From NCBI RefSeq assembly GCF_009914755.1, contig NC_060939.1: a stretch of DNA of 64,000 nt; one strand, 5' to 3'. Origin of the DNA: the human T2T-CHM13v2.0 reference genome, Homo sapiens. The notes beneath the pieces are model-generated. The model made no database searches, had not been told where the DNA came from, and worked only from the letters and a program-made list of their open reading frames with translations. Shown here in pieces: positions 47,701 through 64,000 of the stretch; positions within the stretch are counted from its first letter, which is position 1; each line of letters starts with the position of its first letter. A program made the position numbers and the translations under genes.

Positions 47701-50681
47701 GACAGACCTCTGCACTGATCACTCAGGTGATGTAACTAATGTCTAGGCTTTGCTTAAAGGGGCCTTGTCACATATCTTTTGCCCTGTCACCCAGGCGATG
47801 TTACTCTTGTCTAGGCTCTGCTAACAGGGGGTATTTTGACATATCTCTGAACTGATTACCTAAGTGATGTAACACTTGTGTAGGCTTTGTCTACAGGGGA
47901 ATTTTGACATATCTCTGCACTGTTAACCAAGGTGATGTAACTCTTGTCTAGGCTGTGCTCACAGGGGGATTGAGACATATCTCTGCACTGATCCCGAGGC
48001 GATCCTGGTCTCTGCCTACTGGGGATATTGTGACATATCTCTGCACTGATCTCCCAGGTGCTGTAACTTTAGTCCAGGCTCTGGTTACACGGCATTGTGA
48101 CATATCACTGCACTGATCACCTAGGTGATATAACTCTTTTCTGGGCTCTGCCTACAGGGGGCTTGTGACATATCTCTGCACAGATCACCCAGGTGATATA
48201 ACTCTTCACTAGGATCTGCCTACAGGGTGCTTTGTGACATATCCCTGCAATTATCACTAATGTGATATACCACTTGTCAAGGCTCTGCCTACAGGGGCAT
48301 TGTGATGTATCTCTGCACTGATCACCTAGGTCATGTAACTCTTGTCTAGGCTCTGCCTACAATGGCATTGTGACATATCTCTGCACTGATCACCCAGGTG
48401 ATGTAACTCTTGCCTAGGCTCCAACTACAGGGATATTGTGACGTATCTCTGCCCTGATCACCCAGGTGATATAACTCTTGTCTAGGCTCCACCTACAGGG
48501 GTATTGTGACATATCTCTGCACTGATCACCCAGGTGATGTAACATTTTTCTAGGCTCTGCCTACAAGGGCATTTTGACATAGCTCTTCACAGATCACCTA
48601 GGTTATGTAACTCTTTTACACTCTCTGCCTACAGGGGGCATTGAGAAATATCTCTGCACTGATCACACAGGTGATGGGACTCTTCTCTAGGCCCTGCCTA
48701 CTGGGGGCATGTTCACATATTTGTGCCCTTATCACTCAGATGACGGACTCTTGTCTGGGATTTGCCTATGGGGGCATTGTGACATATCTCTGCTCTGATC
48801 ACCCAGGTGATGTAACTCTTTTCTAGTGTCTGCCTACAGAGGGCGTTGTGACATCACTCTGCACGGTTCACCTGGTTATGTAACTCTTCTATAGGCTCTG
48901 GCTATGGGGGCATTGTGACATAACTCTGCACTAATCACCCACGAGATGTGACTGTTGTCTAAGCTCTGCCTAGAGGGACATTGGGACATATCTCTGCACT
49001 GATCGCTGAGGTGATGTAACACTTGTCAAGGCTTTGCCTACAGTGGGATTTATGACCTATATCTGCACTGATCACCCAGGTGATGTAAGTCTTTTATAGG
49101 CTCTGCCTACAGGGGCATTTTAACATATCACTGCACTGATCACCAAGATGATGTAACTCTTGTATAGGCTTCGCTGACAGGCGTCATTGAGACATATCTC
49201 TGCACTGATCACCGAGGTGATGCAACTCTTGTCTGGGATCTGCTTACAGGGGGCATTGTGACATATCTCTGCCCTGATCACCCAGGTGATGTAACTCTTG
49301 TCTGGACTCTGCCTAATGGAGACATTGTGACATATTTCCGCACTGATCACCCAGGTGTTGTCACTTTTGTCAAGGATATGGCTACAGGGACATTTTGACA
49401 TGTCACTGCACTGATCACACAGCTGATGTAACTCTTGTCTAGGCTCTGGCTACAGGGAGCTTGTGACACATCTCTGCACTGATCACCCAGGTGATGTAAC
49501 CCTTTTCTAGACTCTTCCAAAAGGGGACATTGTGACATAACTCTGCACTGATAACCCAGGTGATGGGACTCTAGTCGAGGCTCTGCCTACAGGGTCATTG
49601 CGACATATCTCTGCAGTGATCACGCAGGTGATGTAACTCTTGTGTATATATGCCTACTGGAGGCATTGTGGCATATTTCTGCACTGATCACCCAGGTGAT
49701 GGACTCTTGTCTTGGATCTGCCTATGGGGGCATAGTGACATATCTCTACACCGATCACTCATGTGATGTAACGTTTGTCTAAGCTGCGCCTAAAGGGGAA
49801 TTGTGATAGATATCTCCACTGATCACCCAGGTCGTGTAACAATTTTCTAAGATTTGTCTACAGGGGTCTTTGCGAAATACCTTTGCACTGATCACCCAGG
49901 AGAAGTAACTCTTGTCTAGGCTCGGCCTACAGGGGCTTTGTGACATATTTCTGCACTGATCACCCAGGTGATGTAACTCTTCTTTAGGCTCTGCCTTCAG
50001 GGGCTTTGTGACATATCTCTGCACTGATCACCCAGGTGATGTAAGTCTTGTCTACGCTCCACCTACAGGGGGTATTTTGACATGTCTCTGCACTGATCAC
50101 CCAGGTGATGTAACATTTATCTAGTCTCTGCCTACAAGGGCGTTTTGACATACCTCTGCACAGATCACCTAGGTTATGTAACTCTTGTCCACTCTCTGCC
50201 TTCAGGGGGCATTGTGAAATATCTCTGCACTGATCACCCAGGTGATGGGACTCTTCTCTATACTCTGCCTAGAGGAGGATTTGACATATCTCTGCACTGA
50301 TCACCCCAGTGATGAAACACTTGTCTACACCCTCTCTACAGGAGGCTTTACGACTTATCCCTGCACTGACCACCAGGTGATGTAACACTTGTCTAGGGTC
50401 TGTCTACATGGGAATTTTCACATATCTCTACTCTGATCACCTAAGTGGTGTAACACTTTTCTAGGTTCAGTCTACTGGGGATTTCTGACATACCTATGCA
50501 CTGATCACCGAGGTGATGTAAATCATTTCCAGGCTTTTTGTACAGGGGACATTGTGATATATCTCAACATTGATCCCCCAAATGGTGCAAATCTTCTCTA
50601 GGCTCCACAGGGAGGGGGCATTGTGACATATTTCTGAACTGATCATCCAGGAGATGTAACTATTCTCCAGGCTTTGAGTAA
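41777..50681 (-). repeat. Beta satellite array
   Basis: 68-bp monomers. Confidence 0.97.
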
Positions 50682-51385
50682 ACAGCGTCTGAAAGTGTTG
50701 GGAGAGCCTCAGCCAGAATTTCACGGAGGGACAAGGGCACAGAGAGGCCAGCCGGCTCCCTTGCACATCAGCCGGGGTGCCCAATGAATGCAGGTCTAGC
50801 CAGGAGGCTGGCAAAGAGAGCTAGATGTCTGCGTTCCACCACCAGGCGCTCCATGGTGGCAGCTGGGAGGCTGCAGGAGCACGGGCGGGCCAGCGATGGT
50901 GGCACAGAGGCGCAGAGGAGGCGAGCCACCCGAGAGGTGTTAGTCCTGGATTCTGCATGGGCTTGGTGTTTCACGAGACGGGGGTCTCCACCCAGCCCAG
51001 GGGAGGATGCATTTTCCAGTGGTGATGGGTCAGGGTGGGGAGGGGCTGGTCAGGCGTGGGTAGGGTGGTGGAAAGGCATGATGGCTCTGCCTAGGCTGCT
51101 CCCACAGCCAGGCGGCTGCCCGCAAACCCGCGCATGCCCAGAAGGCGGCCCACCTGCTGGTACCTGGGCCGGGTCTTGGATCCCCCAGATGCCCAGGAAA
51201 GAATGGCAGTTCTTCACTGGGTGGAATCTCTCTCCGGGCCTAGACCTAGAAGGCTAGAATCCCAGGCCGGTCAGACCAGTGGAGGGGTCGGGGGGAAGAC
51301 ATGCCCCTCCATAGCCAGCCAGGTGTTCCCCACGAAAGAGAGGCCACCGCCCTGCCCCGACCCGACCCTGTGCCAACCCCGCGAC

Positions 51386-52458
<1,073 letters not shown>

Positions 52459-53072
52459 CGGTGAGCCCTGGGACAGCCCGCCCCACCCCAGAAGTGTCCC
52501 AGGGCGACGAGGCCTGTGGCCGGGGGGTGGTGTGGTGGGGGGGGTGGGCGTGGTGATGGTGGTGGTGGGGCCGGAGAGACGAAGAGGAAGGGGGCGAGGG
52601 GGAAGCGGTGAGGGGGTTTCGTTTCGGGGGCTGGCTCTCCAGACTTCTCCAGGAATACCGCGGGAACTGGAAGCTGCTCTCTGGGCTCCCACGCGTCTTC
52701 AGCAGGGAGAAACCAGCCTGGAACGGTGGAGGGGAGTGTGGAACTGAACCTCCGTGGGAGTCTTGAGTGTTCCAGACCCTCTCTCCGTGAAGGAGGCAGT
52801 GCCTGTGGGTGTCGTCATTGCCGGGACAGTCTCACACACGCAGGCATGTGGCTCTCATTCACTTCCACGTAGGAGACCAGAGCGAGACCACAGAGAGAAG
52901 ATGCCTCCCCGGCCTGATGGCCTGATGATGGATTCCCGTGTGCGGCAACATGGGGAGTCTGCAGTGTGGTCGGTTTGGAAACTGGCAAGGACAGCGAAGG
53001 CACCATGCCGGTCTTCCACCCCTCCCTGCATGTTTCCGGGTGCCCGCACAGCTCTGGGAGCAAACAGTCAGC

Positions 53073-56000
53073 ATGACACATCTCTGAACTGATAAACAAA
53101 GTGACGTAGTGACGTAACGCTTGTCTAGGCTCTGCCTACAGGGGCTTTGTGACACATCTCTGCACTGATCATCCAGGTGATGGGACTTTTGTCTAGGCTC
53201 TGCCTATGTGGGCATTGTGACATATGTCTGCACTGATCACCCAGATGATAGGACTCTTGTCTAGGCTCTGTGTATGAGGGCTTTGTGACATATCTCTGCA
53301 CTGATAACCCAGGTGATGTAACGCTTGACTAGTCACTGCTTACGGGGCAAAGTGACATATCACTGCATTGATCACCGAGGTGATGTAACTCTTGTCCAGG
53401 CTCTGCCTATAGTGGCCTTGTGACATATCTCTGCACTGATCATCTAGGTGATGTAACTCTTGCTTATGCTCTGCCTGCAGGAGCATTGTGAAATCTCTCT
53501 GCACCGATCACCCAGGTGATGGGACTGTTCTCTAGGCTCTGCCTACTGGGGGCATTGTCACATATTTCTGCACTGATCACCCAGGTGACGGACACTTGTC
53601 TTGGATTTGCCTATGGGGGCATTGTGATATATCTCTGCACTGATCACCCATGTGATTTAACTGTGGTCTAAGCTCTGCCAAAAGGGTCATAGTGACAGAT
53701 CTCTGCACGGATCACTAAGGTGATGTAACTATTGTCTAGGCTCTGCTTAAAGGGGCCTTGTCACATATCTCTGCACTGATCACCCAGGTGATGTAACTCT
53801 GGTCTAGGCTCTTCTTAAAGGGGGTATTGTGACATATCTCTGCTCTGATCACCTAAGTGATGTAACAATTGTGTAGGCTCTGTCTACAGGGGCCTTTTGA
53901 CATATCTCTGCACTGTTAACCGAGGTGATGTAACTCTTGTGTAGGCTGTGCCCACAGGGGGATTGAGAGATATCTCTGCATTGATCCCGAGGTGATCCAA
54001 ATTTTGCCTGGTCTCTGCCTGCTGGGGACATTGTGACATATCTATGCACTGATCTCCCAGGTAACTTTAGTCTAGGCTCTGGAGACAAGGCATCGTGACA
54101 TATCACTGCACTGATCACCCAGGCGATATAACTCTTGTCTAGGCTCTGCCTACAGGGCACTTTATAACATATCCCTGCAATAATCACCCAGGTGATGTAC
54201 CACTTGTCAAGGCTCTGCCTACAGGGACTTTGCGATGTATCTCTGCACTGATAACTAGGTCATGTAACTCTTGTCTAGGTTCTGCATACAGGGGCATTGT
54301 GACATATCTCTGTACTGATCATCCAAGTGATGTAACTCTTGTCTAGGATCTGCATAAAGGGACTTTGTGACATAAGTCAGCACTGATAATCCAGGTGATG
54401 GGGGTTTTGTCTATGCTCTGCCTAAGGGGGCATTGTGACAGATTTCTGCACTGATCACCCAGGTGTCGGACTCTTGTCTTGGATCTGCCTATGGTGGCAT
54501 TGTGACATATCTCTGCACTGATCACCCAGGTGATGTAACTGATGTATAACTCTGCCTACAGGGGAATTGTGAGAGATCTCGCCACTGATCACCCAAGTGA
54601 TGTAAGTATTCTCTAGGCTTTCCCTACAGGGGGCTTTGTGACATACTTTTGCACTGATCACCCAGATGATGTATCTCATCTAACTTCTGCCTACTGGAGC
54701 TTTGTGACATATCTCTGCGCTGATCACTTAGGTGATGTAACACTTTTATAAGCACTGCCTACAGGGAATTTTGACCAATCTGTGCTCTGTTCACCTTGGT
54801 GATGTAACTCTTGTCTATCCTCTGGCCAAAGGGCGCATTGTGAAATAACTCTGCACTGATCACCCAGGTGATTCAACTCTTGTCAAGGTTCTGCCTACAG
54901 GGGGTATTGTGAAATATCTCTGCACTGATCAACTAGGTGATGTAACTCTTGTCTAGGCTCTCCCTACGTAGGCGTTTTCACATATCCCTGAACTGATGAC
55001 AAAGGTGACGTAACCCTTGCCTAGGCTTTGCCTACAGGGGACATTGTGACATATCTCTGCACTAATCACCCAGGTGATGCAACTCTCCTCTATAATCCGC
55101 CTACAGGGGACATTGTGACATATCTCTGCACTGATAACCCAGGTGATGTAACTCTTGTCTAAGCTCTGCTTACAAGGGGTATTGTGACATATCTCTGCAC
55201 TGATCACGTGAGTGATGTAACACTTGTGTAGGCTCTGCCTACAGGGACATCTTGACATATCTCTGCACCGTTAACCGAGGTGATGTAATTCCTGTCTAGG
55301 CTGTGCCCACAGGGGAATTGAGACATATCTCTGCACTGATACCGAGGTGATCCAACTCTTGCCTGGTATCTTCCTACTAGGGACATTGTGACATATCTCT
55401 GCACTGATCTCCCAGTTGCTGTAACTTTAGTCTAGACTCCGGCTACACGGCATTGTGACATATCACTGCACTGATCTCCCAGGTGATATAACTCTTGTGT
55501 AGGCTCTGCCTACAGGGGACTTGTAACATCTCTGCACTGATCACCCAGGTGATATAACTTTTCTTTAGGATCTGCCTACAGGATGCTATGTGACATATCC
55601 CTGCAATGATCACCCAGGTGATATACCACTTGTCAAGGCTCTGCTTACAGGGGCATTGCGATGTATCTCTGCACTGATCACCTAGGTCATGTAACTCTTG
55701 TCTAGGCTCTGCCTACAGTGGCATTGTGACATATCTCTGCACTGATCACCCAGGTGCTGTAACCCTTCTCTAGTATATGTCTAAAGGGACTTTGTGACAT
55801 AACTCTGCACTGATCATCCAAATGATGGGGCCTTCGTCTAGGCTCTGCCGAAGGGGGCATTGTGACATATTTCTGCACTGATCACCCAGGTGACAGACTC
55901 TTGTCTTGGATCTGCCTATGGGGGCATCGTGGCATATCTCTGCACTGATCACCCAGGGGATGTAACTGTTGTATAAGCTCTGCCTACAGGGGAATTGTGA

Positions 56001-59000
56001 GAGATCTCGCCACTGATCACCCGTGTGATCTAACTATTGTCTAGGATTTGCCTACAGGGTGCTTTGTGACATACATTTGCACTGATAACCCAGTTGATGT
56101 AGCTCATCTAAGTTCTGCCTCCAGGAGCTTTGTGACATAACTCTGCACTGATCACTTAGGTGATGTAACACTTTTATAAGCACTGCCTACAGGGAATTTT
56201 GACAAATCTCTGCACTGATCGCCTAGGTGATTTACTCTTGTCTACCCTCTGCCCAAAGGGGGCATTGTGAAATATCTCTGCACTGATCACCCAGGTGATT
56301 CAACTCTTGTCTAGGATCTGCCTACAGGGGGTATTGTGAAATATCTCTGCACTGACCAACTAGGTGATGTAACTCTTGTCTAGGCTCTGCCTACAGGGGC
56401 CTTTTCAAATATCCCTGAACTGATGACAAAGGTGATGTAACTCTTGCCTAGGCTTTGCCTACAGGGGACATTGTGATATATCTCTGCACTGATCACCCCG
56501 TTGATGCAACTCTTCTCTATGCTCTGCCTACAGGGGACATTGTGACATATCTCTGCACTGTTCACCCAGGGGATGTAACTCTTTTCTAGTCTCTGGCCTA
56601 CAGAGGGCGTTGTGACATCACTCTGCACGGATCACCTGGGTTATGTAACTCTTGTCTAGGTTCTGCCTATGGGGGCATTGTGACTTATCTCTGCACTGAT
56701 CACCCAGAAGATGTGACTCCTGTCTAAGCTCTGCCTAGAGGGACATTGGGACATATCTCTGCACTGATCACTGAGGTGATGTAAATCTTGTGTATGTTTT
56801 GCCTACTGTGGGAATTATGACATATCTCTGTACTGATCACCCTGGTGATGTAACTCTTGCCTATGCTCTGCTTACAGGGGGTATTGTGAGATATCTCTGC
56901 ACTGATCACCCAGGTGATGTAACTCTTGTCTAGTCTCTGCCTACAGGGGCATTTTAACATATCTCGCCACTGATCACCGAGATGATGTAGCTCTTTTATA
57001 GGCTTAGCCAACAGGGGTGAATCAGACATATCTCTACACTGATCACCGAGGTGATTCAACTCTTGTCTGGGATCTGCTTACAGGAGGCATTGTGACATAT
57101 CTCTGCCCTGATCACCCAGGTGATGTAACTCTTGTCTAGGCTCGGCCTACTTAAGACATTGTGACATATCTCCGCACTGATCACCCAGGTGATGTCACTT
57201 TTGTCAAGGATATGGCTACAGGGACATTGTGACATGACACTGCACTGATCACACAGCTGATGTAACCCTTGTCTAGGCTCTGCCAAAAGGGGGCTTTGTG
57301 ACATAACTCTGCACTGATCACCCAGGTGATTGGACTCTTGACTAGGCTCTGCCTACAGGGGCATTGTGACATATCTCTGCAGTGATCACGCAGGTGATGC
57401 AACTCTTGTCTATATCTGCCTAATGGTGGCACTGTGGCATATTTCTGCACTGATCACCCAGGTGATGGACTCTAGTCTTGGATCTGCCTATGGGGGCATA
57501 GTGACATATCTCTGTACTGATAACTCATGTGATGTAACGCTTGTCTAAGTTGCGCCTAAAGGGGAATTGTCACAGATATCTCCATTGATCACCCAGGTGA
57601 TGAAACAATTTTCTGGGATTTGTCTACAGGGGCTTTGTGACATATCTTTGCACTGATCACCCAGGAGATGTAACTCTTGGCTAGGCTCGGCCTACAGGGG
57701 CTTTGTGACATATTTCTGCACTGATCACCCAGGAGATGTAACTCTTGTTTAGGCTCTGCCTACAGGGTCTTTGTGACATATTTCTGTACTGATCACCCTG
57801 GTGATGTAATTCTTGTCTAGTTTCCACCTACAGGAGGTATTGTGACATATCTCTGCACTAATCACACAGGTGATGTAACACTTGTCTAGACTCTGCCTAT
57901 TGGGGAGTTATCAAATATCCCTGATCTGATGAAAAAGGTGATGTAACTCTTCTCTAATCGCTGCCAACAGGGGCGTTTTCACATATCCCTGAACTGATGA
58001 CAAAGGTCATGTAACTCTTGCCTAGGCTTTGCCTACACGGGACATTGTGACATATGTCTGCACTGATCACCCAGGTGATGCATCTCTTCTCTATGCTCTT
58101 CCTACAGGGGACCTTGTGACATATCTCTGCACTGATCACCCAGGTGATCTAACTATTTTCTAGTCTCTGCATACAGAGGGCGTTGTGACATCACTCTGCA
58201 CGGATGACCCGTGTTATGTAACTCTTGTGTAGGGTCTGCCTATGGGGGCATTGTGACTTATCTCTGCACTGATCACCCAGGAGATGTGACTCTTGTCTAA
58301 GCTCTGCCTAGAGGGACATTGAGACATATCTCTGCACTGATCGCTGAGGTGATGTAAAACTTGTCTAGGCTTTGCCTACAGTGGGATTTATGACATATCT
58401 CTGCAGTGATCACCCAGGTGATGTAACTCTTGTCTAGGCTCTGCTTACAGGGTGTATTATGAGATATCTCTGCACTGATCACCCAGATGACGTAACTACT
58501 GTCTAGGCTCTGCCGACAGGGGTGTTTTCACATATCACTGCACTGATCACCGAGATGATGTAACGCTTTTATAGGCTTCGCCGACCTGGAGCATTGAGAC
58601 ATATCTCTGCACTGATCACCGAGGTGATGCAACTTTTGTCTGGGATCTGCTTACAGGGGGCATTGTGACATATCTCTGCCCTGATCACACAGGGGATGTA
58701 ACTCTTGTCTAGGCTCGGCCTACTAGAGACATTGTGACATATCTCCGCACTGATGACCCAGGTGTTGTGACTTTTGTCAAGGATATGGCTACAAGGACAT
58801 TGTGACATGTCACTTCACTGATCAAACTGCTGATGTAACACATGTCTAGGCTCTGGCTACAGGGTGCTTGCGACACATCTCTGCACTGATCACCCAGGTG
58901 ATATAACCCATGTCTAGACTCTGCCAAAAGGGGGCATTGTGACATAAGTCTGCACTGATCACCCAGGTGATGGGACTCTTGTCTAGGCTCTGCTTACAGG

Positions 59001-61514
59001 GGCATTGTGGCATATCTCTGCAGTGATCACGCAGGTGATGTAACTCTTGTCTATATCTGCCTACTGGCGGCAATGTGGCATATTTCTGCACTGATCACCC
59101 AGGTGATGGACTCTTGTCTTGGATCTGCCTATGGTGGCATAGTGACATATCTCTGCTCTGATCACGCATATGATGTAACACTTGTCTAAGCTGTCCCTAA
59201 AGGGGAATTGCGACAGATATCTCCACTGATCAGCCAGTTGATATAACAATTTTCTGGGATTTGTCTACACGGGTCTTTTTGACATATCTTTGCACTGGTC
59301 ACCCAGGAGATGTAATTGCTTTCTTGGTTCGGCCTACAGGAGCTTTGTGACATATTTCTGCACTGATCACCCAGGTGATGTAACTCTTCTTTAGGCTCTG
59401 CCTACAGGGGCTTTGTGACAAATTTCTGCACTGATCACCCATGTGATGTAACTCTTGTCTAGGCTATACCTACAGGGGTTACTGTGATGTACATCTGCAC
59501 TGATCACCCAGGTGATGTAACTCTTTTCTAGGATCTGCCTACAGTGTGCTTTTTGACATATCCCTGCAGTGATCACCCAGGTGATGTACCACTTGTCAAG
59601 GCTCTGCCTACAGGGACATTGCGATGTATCTCTGCACTGATCACCTAGGTCATGTAACTATTTTCTAGGCTCTGCCTACGGTGGCATTGTGACAACTCTG
59701 CACTGATCACCCAGGTGATGGGACTCTTGTCTAGGCTCTGCCTACAGGGGCATTGTTACATATCTCTGCAGTGATCACGGAGTTGATGTAGCTCTTGTCT
59801 ATATCTGCCTACTAGCGGCATTGTGGCATATTTCTGCACTCATCACCCAGGTGATGGACTCTTATCTTGGATCTGCCTATGGGGGCATAGTGACATATCT
59901 CTGCACTGATCACTCATGTGATGTAACGTGTTTCTAAGCTTCGCCTAAATGGGAATTGTGACAGATATCTCCACCGATCACCCAGGTGATGTAACAATTT
60001 TCTGGGATTTGTCTACAGGGGGCTTTGTGACATATCTTAGCACTGATCACCCAGGTGATGTAACTCTTGTCTAGGCTCCACCTACAGGGTGTATTGTGAC
60101 GTATCTCTGCACTGATCACCCAGGTGATGTAACATTTATCTAGGCTCTGGTGCGTTTTGACATAGCTCTGCACAGATCACCTAGGTTATGTAACTCTTGT
60201 CCACTCTCTGCCTACAGGGGGCATTGTGAAATATCTCTGCACTTATCACCCAGGTGATGGGACTCTTCTCTATACTCTGCCTAGAGTTGGAATTGTGACA
60301 TATCTCTGCACTGATCACCCAGGTGATGGAAGGCTTGTCTAGGCTCTATCTATGGGGGCATTGTGTCAAATATCTGCACTGATCACCCAGATGATGTAAC
60401 TCTTTTCTAGGTCCTGTCTACAGGGATTTTTGTGACGTATCACTGCACTGATCACCTAGGTGATGTAAGCCTTGTATGGGCTTTTCCTACAGAAGGCTTT
60501 GTGACATATCTATGCACTGATCTCTGAGGTGATGCAACTCTTGTCTAGGCACTGCCTACAGGGGACGTTGGTACATATCTCTGCACTGATCACCCAGGTG
60601 ATGGACTCTTGTCTTAGGTCTGCCCACATGGACATTGTGACACATCTCTGACCTGATCAAACAAGTGATGAAACTCTTGTCTAGGCTCTGCCTACAGGGG
60701 CTTTGTGACACATCTCTGCACTGATCACCCTGGGGAGGGAACTCTGGTCTACGGTCTGCCTACAGGAGGCTTTATGACTTATACCTGCACTGATAAACTA
60801 GGTGATGTAACACTTGTCTAGACTCTGCCTTCACGGGAATTCTCACATATCTCTGAACTGATCACCCAGTTAATGTAACTCATTTCTAGGTTCAGCCTAT
60901 AGGAGCGTTTTGACATATCTCTGCACTGATCACTAAGGTGATGTAACCCTTGTCTTAGCTCTGCCTACAGGGGCATTGTGAAAGATCTCTCCACTGCTCA
61001 CCCAGGTGATGTAACAATTGTCTGGGTTTTGCCTACAGGGAACTTTGTGATATACATTTCCACTGATCAAACAGATGATGTAACCCTTGTCAAAGTTCTG
61101 CTTACAGGGGCTTTGTGACATAGCCCTGCACTGATCACCCCAGGGAGGAAACACTTTTCTACACTCTGCCTACAGGAGGCTTTATGACTTATCCCTGCAC
61201 TGATCCTTAGGTGATGTAATACTTGTCTGGGCTCTGTCTACAAGTGAATTTTCACATATCTGTACACTGATCACCTAAGTGATGTAACCCTTGTGTAGGT
61301 TCAGCCTACTGGGGATTTCTGACATACATATGCACTGATCACCGAGGTGATGTAAATTATTTCCAGGCTTTTTGTACAGGGGACATTGTGATATATCTCT
61401 GCACTGATCACCCAAATGATGCAAATCTTCCCTAGACTCCGCAGGAAGAGGACATTGTGACATATTTCTGAACTGATCATCCAGGAGATGTAACTATTCT
61501 CCAGGTTTTGACTA
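53073..61514 (-). repeat. Beta satellite array
   Basis: 68-bp monomers. Confidence 0.97.
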
Positions 61515-62220
61515 AAGAGCGTCAGAAGGTGTTGGGAGAGCCTCAGCCGGAATTTCACCAATGTACAAGGGCATAGAGAGGCCAGCGGGCTCCCTTGCAC
61601 GTCAGCCGGGTTGTGCAATGAGCACAGGTCTAGCCAGGAGCCCGGCAAAGAGAGCTAGAGGTGTGCATTTCACCGCCAGGCGCTCCATGGTGGCAGCTGG
61701 GAGGCTGCAGGGGTATGGGCGGGCCGGCGACGGTGGCGAGGAGGAGTAGAGGAGGCTAGCCGCTGGAGGGGTGTCATGCTTGGATGCTGCACGGGCACGG
61801 TGTTTTGCGTGATGGGGGTGTCCACCCAGCCCAGGGGAGGTCCCATTTTTCGGGGGTGGTGGGTGAGGGTGGGAATGAGATGGCCAGGCGGGGGTTGTGT
61901 GGGGGAAAGGCATGAGAGCTCTGCCCGGGCTGCTCCCACTGCCCAGGTGTCTGCCTGTAAACCCGCGTGTGTGCAGTAGGTGGCCAACCTGCTGGTACCT
62001 GGGCCGGCTCTGCAATACCCGGGATGCCCAGGAAAGAATGGCAGTTCTCTGCTGTGTGGAGCCTCTCACCGGGCCTAGACCTAGAAGGCAGGAATCCCAG
62101 GCCAGTCAGCCCGGTGGAGGGGGCAGGGGTAAGACAAGCCCCTCCATAGCCAGCCAGGTGTTCCGTGCGAAAGAGAGGCCACCGCCCTGCCCCAACCCGA
62201 CCCCGTCCCAACCCCACGTC

Positions 62221-63670
<1,450 letters not shown>

Positions 63671-64000
63671 CGGTGAGCCCTGGGACAGCCCGCCCCACCC
63701 CGGAAGAGTCCCAGGGCGTCGAGGCCTGTGGCTGTTGGGTGGTGGGGTGGGGGGGGGGAGGGAGTGGTGATGGTAGTGGTTGGGCCGGAGACACGAAGAG
63801 GAAGTGGGCGTGGGTGAAGGGGTGAGGGTGCGTGTTTTGGGGGCTGGCTCTCCGGACCTCTCGAGGAATGCCAAGGGAACTTGAAGCCACTCTCTGGGCT
63901 CCCACGCGTCTTCAGCAGGGAGAAACCAGCCTGGGAGGGTGGAGGGGAGTGTGGAACTGAACCGCCGTGGGAGTCTTGAGTGTTCCTGGCCCTCTCTCCG

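Noticed and set aside
53095-53120. GTGACGTA x2 CRE-like duplication near a cassette 5' junction
   Set aside because: An 8-bp slippage in a single copy upstream of a dead pseudogene, with no support for function.

Overview
Hominoid (most likely human) heterochromatic DNA. About 48 kb is 68-bp beta (Sau3A/BSR) satellite, interleaved with ~2.75-kb D4Z4-like DUX cassettes. This is the LSau/beta-satellite composite type, best known from acrocentric short arms (location is inferred, not shown). There are five minus-strand cassettes, one of them split by an insertion, plus plus-strand pieces carried on an inverted ~6.15-kb segment (8275-14429). One cassette has an intact 197/170-aa double-homeodomain ORF of the DUX1/DUX3/DUX5 type (33562-34155). 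The other minus-strand copies are nonsense-mutated DUX4-like pseudogenes. The inversion creates a convergent DUX pair at the centre of a ~9.7-kb imperfect palindrome. It also creates a 465-codon chimeric ORF with both homeodomains intact, a GTG start, and the activation domain replaced by antisense-derived sequence. All six promoters carry TATAA rather than the DUX4 TACAA. None of the five pLAM-like 3' ends has the ATTAAA poly(A) signal. The satellite has a ~73-monomer higher-order order tied to the cassette. The many short ORFs in the satellite are spurious. No RNA genes, CRISPR arrays or classical transposons were seen. Comparisons to DUX4/D4Z4 reference sequences are from memory and need an alignment to confirm.
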